64,000 nt of DNA from Chromatiaceae bacterium (GTDB lineage: Bacteria > Pseudomonadota > Gammaproteobacteria > Chromatiales > Chromatiaceae): NCBI GenBank assembly GCA_026984455.1, contig JALSSC010000064.1, positions 39,363 through 103,362 on the forward strand. The letters are read 5' to 3'. Below the pieces are notes generated by a model. It saw only the letters and a list, made by a program, of their open reading frames with translations, did not search any database and was not told where the DNA came from. The translations under genes and the position numbers were made by a program. Positions 46,955 to 59,369 of the stretch are shown here, in pieces (positions within the stretch are counted from its first letter, which is position 1; each line of letters begins with the position of its first letter).

Positions 46955-47087
46955 GGCCATCGTGGGGGCGCCTGGAGAGGACGCGGCAGCGAGTCAGGAC
47001 GGGGATGGCGAGCCATCGCTGCACCACTGACGAGTGTGAGGGATGGCGGCAGTAGCGAAATATTCATACTCACGTGCGACGGGTATA
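46955..47087 (+). mobile_element. MITE-like foldback repeat, copy E (right half only, or degenerate)
   Basis: GACGCGGCAGCGAGTCAGGACGGGGATGGCGAGCCATCGC...GGCGGCAGTAGCGAAATATTCATACTCACGTGCGACGGGTATA aligns with the right half of copy C. The left boundary is unclear. Confidence 0.5.
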
Positions 47088-47178
47088 TTTGCCGTCTCGC
47101 CGGACAGGAAGGCGTCAAACGCAAGACCGTATGACCAGTCTGTGTAGAAGTTTGCCTGTATTCGCCTGCCGCCTGAAC

Positions 47179-47838
47179 TCAATGAAATTCGATGTGAAAT
47201 CCACGGCTGGGCGGTCGGGTATCGGCGATGCGCCGCCGTACTTCCAGAGAATGGCCGGGAGCGAACCATTCGGGCGCATCCGGTGTCAGGTAGTCCTTGG
47301 GAGAGAGACGCAGGCCACCCAGGGGCGCGGCCCGTTGGTCGCTGAGGACCAAGTCGATTCGCGGCCAGGGTTGGGGCATCCGTGCGCGGTTGGCGATCTC
47401 CAGGTGGAACCTGAGGGTCCCGGGGTGGGCGGGGTCTGGGGTCAGGCTGCGGCCGATCACTTCGATCCGGTCCGGGCGGCGCGGCGGGCGGGCCTCGCAG
47501 GGCAGGACCCGGCACAGGGCCCGGGCCCAAGGCCAGCCGTTCGGGGTGGCGGCCAGCCGCTCACGTTGCCACCACAGGACTTGCAGGACCAGGATGAGGC
47601 CCAGGACCAGGGCGCCCAGGATCCAGAGGATCCCCGCGGGGCTCGGGGCATGCCGTGCCGGTAGGGGGGCGGGGTCTTCTGCCGGCGCGTGGCTGACGGG
47701 CGGCGGCTCGTCGCGCAGTTCGGCCAGGGCGTCGAAGGGGTGATCGCATTCCCCGCAGCGCACCTGACCCCGCGCCGCCTGGAGCTGTCCGGCCTGAACC
47801 CGGAACCAGGTGTCGCAATGGGGGCAGCGGGTGATCAC
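47179..47838 (-). CDS. zinc-ribbon + DUF3426 membrane protein
   Basis: The GTG start overlaps the prmA stop (GTGA). [13 protein letters not shown]...VRCGECDHPF is an MJ0042-type zinc ribbon, followed by a TM helix and a C-terminal DUF3426-like beta domain. It has the usual position after prmA. Confidence 0.75.
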   Translation of the reverse strand: MITRCPHCDTWFRVQAGQLQAARGQVRCGECDHPFDALAELRDEPPPVSHAPAEDPAPLPARHAPSPAGILWILGALVLGLILVLQVLWWQRERLAATPNGWPWARALCRVLPCEARPPRRPDRIEVIGRSLTPDPAHPGTLRFHLEIANRARMPQPWPRIDLVLSDQRAAPLGGLRLSPKDYLTPDAPEWFAPGHSLEVRRRIADTRPPSRGFHIEFH

Positions 47839-48713
47839 CGCCGCCGGCCCTCGATCAGCAACCAGTCGCCCTCCCGTTCGGGCGCGGCCAGGTCGAAGGC
47901 GGGGGCATAGGCGGCGGTGACCTGCTCCCCTTGCCCCTGAAGGATGCCGGAGAGCAGGAGGCGTCCGCCGGGGCGGACCAGGGCGGTGAGGCGGGGGGCG
48001 AGTTCCACCAGGGTGCCGGCGAGGATGTTGGCCAGGACCAGGTCCGCGGGGGCCGGCAGCGGGGCCCCAGGGGCCGCGACCTGGAGGCGCTCGGCGACCC
48101 CGTTGCGTTCGGCGTTGGCGTGACTGGCGATCAGGGCTTGGGGGTCGTGGTCGATGCCCAGCGCGCGGCGGGCGCCCAGCAGCAGGGCGGCCACGGCGAG
48201 GATGCCGGAGCCACAGCCGTAGTCGATGACCTCCAGGTCGCGCGGTGGATCGCTGTCGAGACGCCTCAGGCACAGGGCGGTGGTGGGATGGGTGCCGGTG
48301 CCGAAGGCGAGGCCGGGGTCCAGTTCCAGGCGTACCGCATCGGGGTCGGGGGCGGGTTGTCCTCCGGGGCAGACCCAGAGCCGATCACCGAAGGCCATGG
48401 GATGGAAGTCGTCCATCCAGGCGCGTTCCCAGGTCCGGTCGGCGAGGCGTTCCTGGTGGATGCACCCACGCAGCGCCGGCGGCAAGGCCCCTTCCAGGGT
48501 GGCATGCAAGGCCGCGGCGTCGGCCCCCGCCGGGAACAGGGCGGTGACCCGGGTCTGCTCCCACAGGCGCACCTCTCCTGGCCCCGTCTCCAGCACAGGG
48601 GTGTTGGCCGCGTCCCCGCAGGTGACCGAGAGGGCGCCCAGGGCCTGAAACAGTTCCTCAAGGCCGGGGACCATCTCCCGGGGGGTGTCGATGGCGAATT
48701 GCAGCCAAGTCAT
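47835..48713 (-). CDS. prmA: ribosomal protein L11 methyltransferase
   Basis: Start [10 protein letters not shown]... with an ATGA overlap with the accC stop. Motifs: [15 protein letters not shown] and [12 protein letters not shown]. Confidence 0.9.
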   Translation of the reverse strand: MTWLQFAIDTPREMVPGLEELFQALGALSVTCGDAANTPVLETGPGEVRLWEQTRVTALFPAGADAAALHATLEGALPPALRGCIHQERLADRTWERAWMDDFHPMAFGDRLWVCPGGQPAPDPDAVRLELDPGLAFGTGTHPTTALCLRRLDSDPPRDLEVIDYGCGSGILAVAALLLGARRALGIDHDPQALIASHANAERNGVAERLQVAAPGAPLPAPADLVLANILAGTLVELAPRLTALVRPGGRLLLSGILQGQGEQVTAAYAPAFDLAAPEREGDWLLIEGRRR

Positions 48714-50053
48714 CCAAGGCCCAGCTTCTTTTCCAGATAGTGGATGTTGGCGCCGCCGGCCTGGAAGCCGCTGTCCGCCATGATGTCCATCTGCAAGGGG
48801 ATGTTGGTCTTGATGCCCTCGATCACGGTCTCGTGCAAGGCGTTGGCCATGCGTGCGATGGCCGCGGCGCGGTCCTCGCCGTGGGCGATGATCTTGCCGA
48901 TCATGGAGTCGTAGTAGGGAGGCACCCGGTAGCCACTGTAGATGTGGGAGTCCACCCGGATGCCCGGCCCCCCGGGGGCGTGGAACTGGTCGATGGCGCC
49001 GGGGCTGGGCATGAAGGTGCGGGCATCCTCGGCGTTGATGCGGCATTCGATGGCGTGTCCGCGGACCTGGATGTCCTCCTGGCGCTGGCGCAGGGGCTCG
49101 CCTGCGGCGATACGGATCTGCTCACGGACGATGTCCACCCCGGTGATCATCTCGGTCACCGGGTGTTCCACCTGGACGCGGGTGTTCATCTCGATGAAAT
49201 AGAATTCACCGTCCTGGTAGAGGAACTCGAAGGTGCCGGCCCCACGGTAGCCGATCTCGCGGCAGGCCTGGGTACAGAGGGCGCCCAGGCGCTCCCGTTG
49301 CGCCTCGGTGATACCGGGGGCGGGGGCCTCTTCCACCACCTTCTGGTGGCGGCGCTGCATGGAGCAGTCGCGCTCGCCCAGGTGGATGGCGTTGCCGTGC
49401 TGGTCGGAGAGCACCTGGAACTCCACGTGGCGCGGGTTCTCAAGGAATTTCTCCATGTATACGGTGTCGTTGCCGAAGGCCGCGCCGGCCTCGGCGCGGG
49501 TCAGGGCCACCGCGTTGAGCAGCGAGGCCTCGGCATGGACGGTGCGCATCCCCCGGCCGCCGCCACCGCCGGCGGCCTTGACGATGACCGGATAGCCGAT
49601 CTCGCGCGCCAGTTCGATGGTGCGTCTCTTGTTGTCGTCCAGGGGGCCGTCGGAGCCCGGTACGCAGGGCACGCCGGCACGCTTCATGGATTCGATGGCC
49701 GAGACCTTGTCGCCCATGAGGCGGATGGTGTCGGGGCGCGGGCCGATGAAGATGAAACCGCTGCGTTCCACCCGTTCCGCGAAATCGGCGTTCTCCGAGA
49801 GGAAGCCATAGCCGGGGTGGATGGCGACGCTGTCGGTGACCTCGGCGGCGCTGATGATGGCCGGCACCTGGAGATAGCTGTCGGCCGAAGGGGGCGGCCC
49901 GATGCACACGGATTCGTCGGCCAGGAGGACGTGCTTGAGTTCGCGGTCGGCCTCGGAGTGGGCGGCCACGGTCTTGATACCCAGCTCCCGGCAGGCGCGC
50001 AGGATACGCAGCGCGATCTCGCCGCGATTGGCGATGAGGATCTTCTCGATCAT
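48710..50053 (-). CDS. accC: acetyl-CoA carboxylase biotin carboxylase subunit
   Basis: 447 aa: [26 protein letters not shown]..., an ATP-grasp domain, and [13 protein letters not shown]. Confidence 0.95.
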   Translation of the reverse strand: MIEKILIANRGEIALRILRACRELGIKTVAAHSEADRELKHVLLADESVCIGPPPSADSYLQVPAIISAAEVTDSVAIHPGYGFLSENADFAERVERSGFIFIGPRPDTIRLMGDKVSAIESMKRAGVPCVPGSDGPLDDNKRRTIELAREIGYPVIVKAAGGGGGRGMRTVHAEASLLNAVALTRAEAGAAFGNDTVYMEKFLENPRHVEFQVLSDQHGNAIHLGERDCSMQRRHQKVVEEAPAPGITEAQRERLGALCTQACREIGYRGAGTFEFLYQDGEFYFIEMNTRVQVEHPVTEMITGVDIVREQIRIAAGEPLRQRQEDIQVRGHAIECRINAEDARTFMPSPGAIDQFHAPGGPGIRVDSHIYSGYRVPPYYDSMIGKIIAHGEDRAAAIARMANALHETVIEGIKTNIPLQMDIMADSGFQAGGANIHYLEKKLGLG

Positions 50054-50060
50054 GCCGGGC

Positions 50061-50501
50061 CTATACGATGAGGAAGAGGGGCTGGTTGTACTCGACCGGT
50101 TGGCCGTTCTCCACGAGGATGCGTTTCACCGTGCCGCTCTGGTCGGATTCGATCTGATTGAGGATCTTCATGGCCTCGATGATGCACAGGGTGTCGCCCT
50201 CCCGGACCTGCTGGCCCTCTTCGACGAAGGGCTTGGCCCCGGGGGAGGGGGCGCGATAGAAGGTCCCCACCATGGGGGAGCGTACCAGATGGCCCTCGGG
50301 TTCTTCGGCCTTGGGTTCGGCTACCTCCAGAGGGGATGGCGGTGGTTGAAGAGGGGGGGGCGCGTAGGCCTGCGGGGCCATCACGGGCGGTGCCGTCTGG
50401 CGGCTGATACGTACCGATGCCTCGCCCTCGTGGATCTCGATCTCCGCCACATTGGATTGCTCCAGGAGTTCGATGAGTTTCTTGACTTTGCGGATATCCA
50501 T
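50061..50501 (-). CDS. accB: acetyl-CoA carboxylase biotin carboxyl carrier protein
   Basis: Start [23 protein letters not shown].... It has a Pro/Ala linker and the biotinylation motif EAMKILN. Confidence 0.95.
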   Translation of the reverse strand: MDIRKVKKLIELLEQSNVAEIEIHEGEASVRISRQTAPPVMAPQAYAPPPLQPPPSPLEVAEPKAEEPEGHLVRSPMVGTFYRAPSPGAKPFVEEGQQVREGDTLCIIEAMKILNQIESDQSGTVKRILVENGQPVEYNQPLFLIV

Positions 50502-50505
50502 GGAT

Positions 50506-50952
50506 TCAAGTGTTCTCTTGCAGGCGGCTCGAGGCGGCCTCCAGGGCGAGTTCGTAGCCCTGGGCGCCGAGCCCGGTGATGACCCCGACGGCGATGTCGG
50601 AGAGATAGGAATGGGCGCGGAAGGGCTCACGCGCATGGACGTTGGATAGGTGAACCTCGATGAAGGGGATGGCGACCCCGAGCAGGGCGTCGCGCAGGGC
50701 GACGCTGGTATGGGTGAAGGCCGCGGGGTTGATGAGGATGAAATCCACCCCTTCGGCCGGTGCCTGGTGGATCCATTCGATAAGCTGGTGTTCGGCATTG
50801 CTCTGCCGGAACACCAGGTTCAGGCCGTGTCTACGGGCCCGGGCCTCGAGGCGGGCCTGGATGTCCGCCAGGGAGGTCCGTCCGTAGTGGGACGGCTCGC
50901 GCTGGCCGAGGAGGTTCAGATTGGGGCCGTTGAGGACCAATAGGTTGGGCAT
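50506..50952 (-). CDS. aroQ: type II 3-dehydroquinate dehydratase
   Basis: 148 aa: [33 protein letters not shown], and [16 protein letters not shown]. Confidence 0.95.
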   Translation of the reverse strand: MPNLLVLNGPNLNLLGQREPSHYGRTSLADIQARLEARARRHGLNLVFRQSNAEHQLIEWIHQAPAEGVDFILINPAAFTHTSVALRDALLGVAIPFIEVHLSNVHAREPFRAHSYLSDIAVGVITGLGAQGYELALEAASSRLQENT

Positions 50953-51078
50953 GACGGGGCCGGCGAATGAGTCGGAGGGTCGCCCTTTGGAGAAGGAGCC
51001 CAGGTGGGTGGCGGCCCGAAAATTGGCTCCGATTTTCCAGCACTTTCCCCGATCTGTCCAGAAGACGGCGGGTTCGGT

Positions 51079-51657
51079 TCAGGGATTGGGTGGATTTTCG
51101 GGGGCGGGGGCGGCCGGCAGTCGGCGTTTGATGTCTTCCAGGCTCAAAGGTCCGGGCCGGCGGTAGATCAGGCGCCCATGGGGATCGAACAGCGCCGTGT
51201 AGGGCAGGGTCTGGAAGCGGTCGCCCAGGTCGCGCATCAGATGGATGGCGGGCTCCCCACCGAGCAGTATGGGATAGGGGGGCTCGCGCCGGGAGGCATA
51301 GGCACGCACCGCCTGGGGATCGTCGATGGCGACGGCGGCCACCCGCAGGCCTTGCGCCGCCCGCGCGCGTTGGAGGTCGGCGAGGGCCAGGAGGTCCAGG
51401 GTGCAGGGCTTGCACCAGGTGGCCCAGAAATACAACAGGAGGTAATCGCCGGCCCATTGCACGTTGCTGCGTTGCACCCCCTGGAGATCGGGAAAGCTGA
51501 AATCCGGCAGGACCTCTACCGCCCCCGCCGGCTTGCTCACGGAGGGGGTGGACGGGGCCGGCTCGTGGGGCTTGAGATGGTCCTGGCCGATCATCCCGGC
51601 GCCTACGCCGATGGCGGTGGCCACCGCCGTGTAGACGATGACCTTGGGCAGGCTCAC
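51079..51657 (-). CDS. TlpA-family thiol:disulfide oxidoreductase
   Basis: The GTG start overlaps the dsbD stop (GTGA). It has an N-terminal TM helix and a thioredoxin fold with FWATWCKPC. Confidence 0.8.
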   Translation of the reverse strand: MSLPKVIVYTAVATAIGVGAGMIGQDHLKPHEPAPSTPSVSKPAGAVEVLPDFSFPDLQGVQRSNVQWAGDYLLLYFWATWCKPCTLDLLALADLQRARAAQGLRVAAVAIDDPQAVRAYASRREPPYPILLGGEPAIHLMRDLGDRFQTLPYTALFDPHGRLIYRRPGPLSLEDIKRRLPAAPAPENPPNP

Positions 51658-53951
51658 CGTGTCGCCTCGCGCAGGTGTTCGAGGAATCGCTCGGGCGGGA
51701 GGTAACCCACCACGCGCAGACCCCGCCGTTCTTCGCCATCCGGCCCGAAGAAGATGATGGCCGGCGGTCCGGGAAGACCGAAACGGCCCTGGAGCAAGGC
51801 CTCGTCGGCGGCGCTGTTGGCAGTCACGTCGGCCTGTAACAGGATGTACCGGTGGGCGGCGAGGGCCTGCCGCACCTGCGGGTCGGAGAAGGTGTCGCGT
51901 TCCAGTTCCTTGCAGGAGACGCACCAGTCGGCATAGAAGTCCAACATCACGGGGCGGCCCGCAGCGCGGGCCGCGGCCAGCTCGCGCTCCAGGCCGGCCA
52001 CGTCCGCTACGGGCCTGAATTGCACCCGGCCAGGAGCGGTGCCGGTGGCCACGGGCGCCAGCCCGCGCAAGGGTTGCAGGCTGTCACGGCCCCCCGCGGC
52101 CACCCCCACCAGCATCAGCACGCCATAGACCAGGAGGGCGAAACCCAGGCCCTTCCACAGGCGGGCCCAGCCCGAGGCGCCCGGGGGCAGGGGCTCGAGG
52201 GCGCCCATGTACACCGCCGGGACGATGGCCAGCAAGGCCCACAGGAACATGGACAGGACCGGGGGCAGGATGCGTTCCAGCAGGCTCACCGCCACCGCCA
52301 GGAGGACGACCCCGAAGACGGCCTTGACGGTGTCCATCCAGGGGCCCGCCTTGGGCAGGAGCCTGCCCGCGGAGGCCCCGAGGGCGAGCAGCGGCGTGCC
52401 CATGCCCAGGGCCAGCACGAACAGGGCCAGGCCGCCCAGGGCGGCGTCGCCGGTGTGGCCGATGTAGATCAGGGCCCCGGCCAGGGGCGGGGCCACGCAG
52501 GGGCCGACGATGAGGGCCGAGAGCAGGCCCATGACCGCCACCCCGGCGAGGGTCCCGCCGCGCTGGCGGCCACTCACCTCGGTCAACCGGCTCTGCACGG
52601 CCGAGGGCATCTGCAGCTCGAAGAAGCCGAACATGGACAGGGCCAGGAGCACGAACAGGCCGGCGAAGGCACCCAGGATCCAGGGACTCTGGAACCAGGC
52701 CTGGAGATTGCCGCCGAAGAGCCCGGCGAGGACCCCGGCGAGGCTGTAGGTGACGGCCATGGCGAGGACGTAGACCAGGGCGAGGAGGAAGCCGCGCCCG
52801 GGGGTGATATCGTGGCCCTGACCGGCGATGATGCCGGAGAGGATGGGGATCATGGGGAACACGCAGGGGGTCAGGGCGAGCAACAGGCCGAAGCCGAAGA
52901 AGCTGGCCAGGATCAGCCAGACGTTGCCGCCCTGGAGGCGGGCGGCGATGCGATCGGTCTCGGATTGCACCGGGTATGTCTCTGGGGGCGGACCGCTGGG
53001 CGCCGCCTGCGGCGCGGCGGCGGAGGCCAGCCGGCCGTTCTTCAGATCCAGGTGGAGCGTCTTGGTGATGGGCGGGTAGCAGATGCCGCGGTCGGCGCAG
53101 CCCTGGTAGCGCACCTTCAGGGTCACCCCGGCGTCACCCTGGCCTGGCGTGCGGATCTCCAGGGGCAGGTCCAGGCCGTGGTAATAGACCTCGACGTCGC
53201 CGGTGTCGCCGTCGGGGAGCAGGGCATCGTGCTTCACCTTGCCCGCGGGCAAGGTCGGCGGTGCCGCTAGATCGGCGCCTTCCAGGGCCACCCGGACCTT
53301 GTCCTTGTAGAGGTAGGTGCCGTCGGCGATGTCCCAGTGGAGCAGGACCCGGCCGGGGCCTTCGACCCGGGCCTTCAGGCGGTAGGCCTGGTCGGGCTCC
53401 AGGACCTCGTCGTCAGCCGTATCCAGCCCCAGATCCCGGCTCAGGGCGGCCAGCCGGGACGCGCCCTCGTCGCCCGCGGGTGTGGAGACGGCCGCAGTCG
53501 ATGCCGCCGGGGGCAGCTTGACCACCAGTTCCTGGCGGTGGGGTGGGTAGCACACGCCGATATCGGCGCAGCCCTGGGATTGGGCGGTCAGGGTCAGGAG
53601 ATCGGGGGCATCCGGGCCGCGTTTCAGGGGCAGCAGCACGCTCACGCCATGGCGGTAGATCTCCATCTCGCCGAAGAAGTCGTCGTGCTTCTTCTCCCCG
53701 GGCGGCAGGTCCGGTTCCCCCAGCTCGATGCGTTCATCGGTGTTGCGGAAACGGATCTTGTCCTTGTAGAGGTAATAGCCATCGGCGATGGCCCAGTGGA
53801 TCCGCACCTGGTCCGGCTTCACGGCCTCCGCGGAGATGCGGTAGGCCTGGTCGGCTGGGAGGAGGTCATCTTCCGCCCTACCGGGCGCGGGGGCCGCGGC
53901 CAGGAGGATGCAGATCCATCCCAGCCAGAGGCGTGGCAGGCCGGTGGTCAT
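51654..53951 (-). CDS. dsbD: thiol:disulfide interchange protein DsbD with duplicated N-terminal (alpha) domain
   Basis: Start MTTGLPRLWLGW... at 53951 with an ATGA overlap with cutA. Two nDsbD-like modules each carry a Cys pair (QGCADIGVCYPP and QGCADRGICYPP). The TM core has TPCVFPMIP, and the C-terminal thioredoxin domain has DFYADWCVSCKE. Confidence 0.9.
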   Translation of the reverse strand: MTTGLPRLWLGWICILLAAAPAPGRAEDDLLPADQAYRISAEAVKPDQVRIHWAIADGYYLYKDKIRFRNTDERIELGEPDLPPGEKKHDDFFGEMEIYRHGVSVLLPLKRGPDAPDLLTLTAQSQGCADIGVCYPPHRQELVVKLPPAASTAAVSTPAGDEGASRLAALSRDLGLDTADDEVLEPDQAYRLKARVEGPGRVLLHWDIADGTYLYKDKVRVALEGADLAAPPTLPAGKVKHDALLPDGDTGDVEVYYHGLDLPLEIRTPGQGDAGVTLKVRYQGCADRGICYPPITKTLHLDLKNGRLASAAAPQAAPSGPPPETYPVQSETDRIAARLQGGNVWLILASFFGFGLLLALTPCVFPMIPILSGIIAGQGHDITPGRGFLLALVYVLAMAVTYSLAGVLAGLFGGNLQAWFQSPWILGAFAGLFVLLALSMFGFFELQMPSAVQSRLTEVSGRQRGGTLAGVAVMGLLSALIVGPCVAPPLAGALIYIGHTGDAALGGLALFVLALGMGTPLLALGASAGRLLPKAGPWMDTVKAVFGVVLLAVAVSLLERILPPVLSMFLWALLAIVPAVYMGALEPLPPGASGWARLWKGLGFALLVYGVLMLVGVAAGGRDSLQPLRGLAPVATGTAPGRVQFRPVADVAGLERELAAARAAGRPVMLDFYADWCVSCKELERDTFSDPQVRQALAAHRYILLQADVTANSAADEALLQGRFGLPGPPAIIFFGPDGEERRGLRVVGYLPPERFLEHLREATR

Positions 53952-54280
53952 TGCTCTTCGGGTCGGGTGCATTGCTCGAGCCATTGCAGATAAGGGGTGG
54001 AGCCGCGTTCGATTGAGACCGCGATACACTCCGGGAGTTCGTAAGGATGCAGGACAGAGAGCGCGGCCTCCAGTTCGGCATAGCGGTCGGCGCGGGTCTT
54101 GATCAGGAGCACGACTTCGGCCTCTTCCTCGATCCCGTCACGCCACCTGTAGATGGAAAGGGCCCCGGGCAGCAGGTTGACGCAGGCGGCCAGGCGGCGT
54201 TCCACCAGGGCGCGGCCGATGGCCCGGGCGGTCTCCGCATCGGGGCAGGTGGTGAGCAACAACAGGGGGGCGGCAGGCAT
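53948..54280 (-). CDS. cutA: divalent-cation tolerance protein CutA
   Basis: 110 aa: LLLTTCPDAETARAIGRALVERRLAACVNLLPGALSIYRWRDGIEE...YELPE. Confidence 0.9.
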   Translation of the reverse strand: MPAAPLLLLTTCPDAETARAIGRALVERRLAACVNLLPGALSIYRWRDGIEEEAEVVLLIKTRADRYAELEAALSVLHPYELPECIAVSIERGSTPYLQWLEQCTRPEEQ

Positions 54281-54794
54281 CGGGCTACCTTAACCAATCC
54301 CGGCCCCATGCGGCAAACGGGGTTTTCCGCGATCCCCTTGGTTTTTTCCCCAACAGGATCTCGAAAAGCGCCATGCCCGGACTCGCGCAACCACGGAACC
54401 GGACTATGCGATTTTCGGGTCGCTCACATTTTCGATCACGTGAGGTGATCGGAGATGGCGGGACCTCCCTGTCCCACACGGGCATCCCGACTTCTCTGGA
54501 TGCCCTTCGTTTTCGACGGCCTGCCCATGGGGCCCGGGTGTAGAAGAAACGAAGGAAGACCCCATGGAGAAGAAGGCCGGTGTCCGGGGCGGGCCTGGGC
54601 CCCGAGGCAGAAAGGAGGGCAGGCCGGTGGAGAGGGCGGCCCCGCCGGGGGCGCCCGGTGAGGCCCGCGGGGTTGCATCCCCGTCCCGGGGGGCGATGCG
54701 GCATGGCCGGGATCCCGGGCCTTGTCTCGGTGGTTTTTTCCGCTTGGCGCCGGCCCCTGCTATTCTTGAACCCTTTTGAGCGGAGCGCCCGGGT

Positions 54795-56459
54795 ATGCAT
54801 CTGTCCGAAGATACCAGGATCCAGTTCTGGTTACTGGTCTTCATCTCGCTCGCGTTCCTGTGGGCGGTCCCTTCGGTGTGGTTCTTTCAGCCCGACAGCG
54901 GGATCTATGTGGGCACGGCCGCTGAACTTCTGGCCACGGGGCGGTATGTGTTCAATGGCCATCCCAACCTCTTGTATTTTCCTGGCCTGTCGGTGCCTCT
55001 GGCAGGCCTCATCGGCATCTTCGGGATGAATTTCCAGGTCCTGAATCTGCTCGGGGGGGCGGCGGTGGTGGCCGCACTCTGGTTGAGCCGTTCCCTGTTC
55101 GCTCCGGCATGTTATGGCTGGCCGGGCTGGTGGGTCCCCCTGCTTCTGGCCTGCGCTTCGGTCCTCCAGGAACAGGTCCAACGGATCATGTCGGATGCCC
55201 TCTTCCTCGCCGTGACCCTCGCGGCCTTGCTGTGTTGGCGCCTGTATCTGGAGCGCGAAAGGCGTGGGTGGTTGATCGCTTGCTGGCTGCTGGTGGCCTG
55301 GGCCCCGCTGCTCCGTTTTCAGGGGGTGTTCCTGGTGGGCGCCTTCGGCCTCGCCCTGCTTTGGCGGGCCTGGCGGACGGGGGAAGGCAGGAGCAGGCGC
55401 ATCGTCTGGGCCTTGCTCTTGGCCCTGTCGGCGGGTGTCCCCTTTTTCCTCTGGCTGGGGCGCAACTATCTGCTCTATACGCCCGAGACGTACAACATGG
55501 CCAATGCCTTCTTTTTCGGCCAGTCGGGCCTGCGGCTCTACGCCCCTGACAGCGGGACCATGGACAAGGTGACGCCGGATTGGCTCAGCGGGGGCAAGCT
55601 CGTGCTCTATCACGCCCTCTTCACCTTCCGTGACTTGTTCGAGATCTTCTTCGGTAAGGAGTTGGGCGGTTCCGTCGGCCTCTACGGCAAGGCGGCCGTC
55701 GTGCTCCTGCCGCTGTTGGCCGGTGGATGGCGTTGGTTGCGCCGGGCCGGCCTGATGGAGGCGGCCTATGTCTTGGTATCGCTTGCGTTCATCGCCAGCC
55801 AGTGGTTCGGAAGTGGTTCGGCCTACACCGTCCCACGCTATTGGATCCCCCTGTTGCCCTTCGTATTGTTGATCTGGATGTCGGGGCTGGCCCTGGTGGG
55901 CGGCTATCTGCGGGAGCGGGTCTTGGCGACGCCAGCCAGGGCCCTGGGACTGATGGTGTTGGCCCTGGTGTTGGGGAACGGTGCCTACGGTTATGCGCGC
56001 CTCATCCATCCCTGGCACCACAACTATTACGCCAACGCCAATGCCTGGGTCGGCGACGTGAAGGCCTATCTGGATACTCACGCCGCACCCGACGCCATGG
56101 TGGCCGTGACCGATTGGGGGGTCATGCCGTTTCTGTTGCAGCGTCCGTCCATTCAGGTCCTGGACGATCCTTCTCATGTCTATTCGCTGGAGCGGCTGGT
56201 ACGTTATCGCGCCCGATACCTGGTGATCCTGGACAAGGAAGCGGCCTTTCCTCCCTATGCCAAGGCGATGGTGAAGGATCTGCCCGAGGTCTTCCATCTG
56301 GTATTGGATGCCCGCAAAGCGGGCAAGCCGGGCCCGGACATCGAGGTCTACGCGGTCGATCTGGATAGGGCCGAGAAGGCCTTGGCTGGCTTGCGGGGCA
56401 CAGGGAAAAGGGTCGGCGGGAGCGGCCTCAACCCTCCGGCAACCCCTTCCCCGGATTGA
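54795..56459 (+). CDS. polytopic membrane protein, GT-C (ArnT/PMT-like) glycosyltransferase fold suspected
   Basis: 554 aa with at least 10 predicted TM helices interrupted by short loops, and a soluble C-terminal domain of about 120 aa. The family assignment is by general architecture only. It has a 32-nt convergent overlap with the glcD-like gene. Confidence 0.55.
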   Translation: MHLSEDTRIQFWLLVFISLAFLWAVPSVWFFQPDSGIYVGTAAELLATGRYVFNGHPNLLYFPGLSVPLAGLIGIFGMNFQVLNLLGGAAVVAALWLSRSLFAPACYGWPGWWVPLLLACASVLQEQVQRIMSDALFLAVTLAALLCWRLYLERERRGWLIACWLLVAWAPLLRFQGVFLVGAFGLALLWRAWRTGEGRSRRIVWALLLALSAGVPFFLWLGRNYLLYTPETYNMANAFFFGQSGLRLYAPDSGTMDKVTPDWLSGGKLVLYHALFTFRDLFEIFFGKELGGSVGLYGKAAVVLLPLLAGGWRWLRRAGLMEAAYVLVSLAFIASQWFGSGSAYTVPRYWIPLLPFVLLIWMSGLALVGGYLRERVLATPARALGLMVLALVLGNGAYGYARLIHPWHHNYYANANAWVGDVKAYLDTHAAPDAMVAVTDWGVMPFLLQRPSIQVLDDPSHVYSLERLVRYRARYLVILDKEAAFPPYAKAMVKDLPEVFHLVLDARKAGKPGPDIEVYAVDLDRAEKALAGLRGTGKRVGGSGLNPPATPSPD

Positions 56460-57796
56460 GTATGCCCCGGGGATCGAATACCTGTTTCAGCCCGCGCATC
56501 AGCGCCAGGCTCGGGGCGGCGATCTCGCGCCCCACATAGTCCCGCTTCTCCAGGCCGACGCCGTGTTCGCCGGACAGGGTGCCGCCGAGGGCCAGGACCT
56601 GGTCGAAGACCGCGCCGAGACAGGCCCGGGCGCGCTCGGCCTCGCCGGGGCGGTCGGGGTCGATGAGCAGGTTCACGTGCAGGTTGCCATTGCCGGCATG
56701 GCCGAAATTGACGATGCGGATGCCGTGGGCCTCCCCCAGGGCCTCCAGGGCGGAGACCAGGGCCGGCAGTTGCGACACGGGCACGGCCACGTCCTCGTTG
56801 ATCTTCTTGGGGGCGATGCGGCGCAGGGCCGGCGACAGGGCGCGGCGCGCCGCCCACAGGGCCTCCATGTCGTCGGGGGCGAGGAGTTCCACCAGGCCGT
56901 CCACCCGCGCCGCCGCGGCCACCGCCTCCACGGCGTTGTCGATGCAGCCGCGGGGACCGTCCACCTCCAGGAGCAGCAGGGCCCCGGCCGCCTCGGGCAG
57001 GGCGACGCCGGCCTCGCGCACCAGGCCCAGGGCCGCCCGGTCCATGAATTCCAGGGCGCTGGGGATGGCCGCCTGGCCCATGATGGCGGCCACCGCCGCG
57101 GCCGCCGCCGCCACGTCCCCGTAGGCCGCGCGCAGGCCACGCCGGGCCTCGGGCAGGGGGTGCAGGCGCAGGGTGGCGCGGGTGATCAGGGCGAGGGTGC
57201 CTTCGGAGCCGATCAGCAGGCGGGTGAGGTCGTAGCCCACCACTCCCTTGGTGGTGCGCACCCCGGTGCGGATGAGTTCCCCGGTGCCGGTCACCGCCTC
57301 CAGGCCCAGGGTGTTCTCGCGCGGGGTACCGTATTTCACCGCGTGCGGTCCGGCCGAGTTGTAGGCGAGATTGCCGCCGAGGGTGCAGGCCGCGGCGCTG
57401 GTGGGGTCGGGCGGCCAGAACAGGCCCTGGGGGGCGAGGGCCCGTTGCAGGGCGGCGTTGGTCAGGCCCGGTTCCACCACCGCCAGGCGGTCGGCAGGGG
57501 CGATCTCGATGATCCGCCCCATGCGTTCGAAGGAGAGCACCACGCCGCCGCGGTCGGGGACCGTGGCGCCGGTGGTGCCGGTGCCGCGGCCGCGGGCGAC
57601 GAGGGGCAGGCCTTCGTCGGCGCAGAACCGTACCAGGGCCTGGACCTGGGCCGCCTCGCGGGCGAAGGCGACGGCCTGGGGCATGGCCTGACGGCGGCTG
57701 TTGTCGTAGCCATAGCTCCAGCGGCTGGCGGGGTCCAGGGCCAGGTCGGCGGGGGCGAAGATCTCGGCGAGCCGCTGGCGCTGGCCGGGGTTCAGG

Positions 57797-57825
<29 letters not shown>
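56428..57825 (-). CDS. FAD-linked oxidase (GlcD / D-lactate dehydrogenase family)
   Basis: 465 aa with an FAD_binding_4 region (VARGRGTGTTGATVP, PPDPTS...CTLGGNLAYNSAG) and a C-terminal GEHGVGLEKR. Confidence 0.85.
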
Positions 57826-59355
<1,530 letters not shown>

Positions 59356-59369
<14 letters not shown>

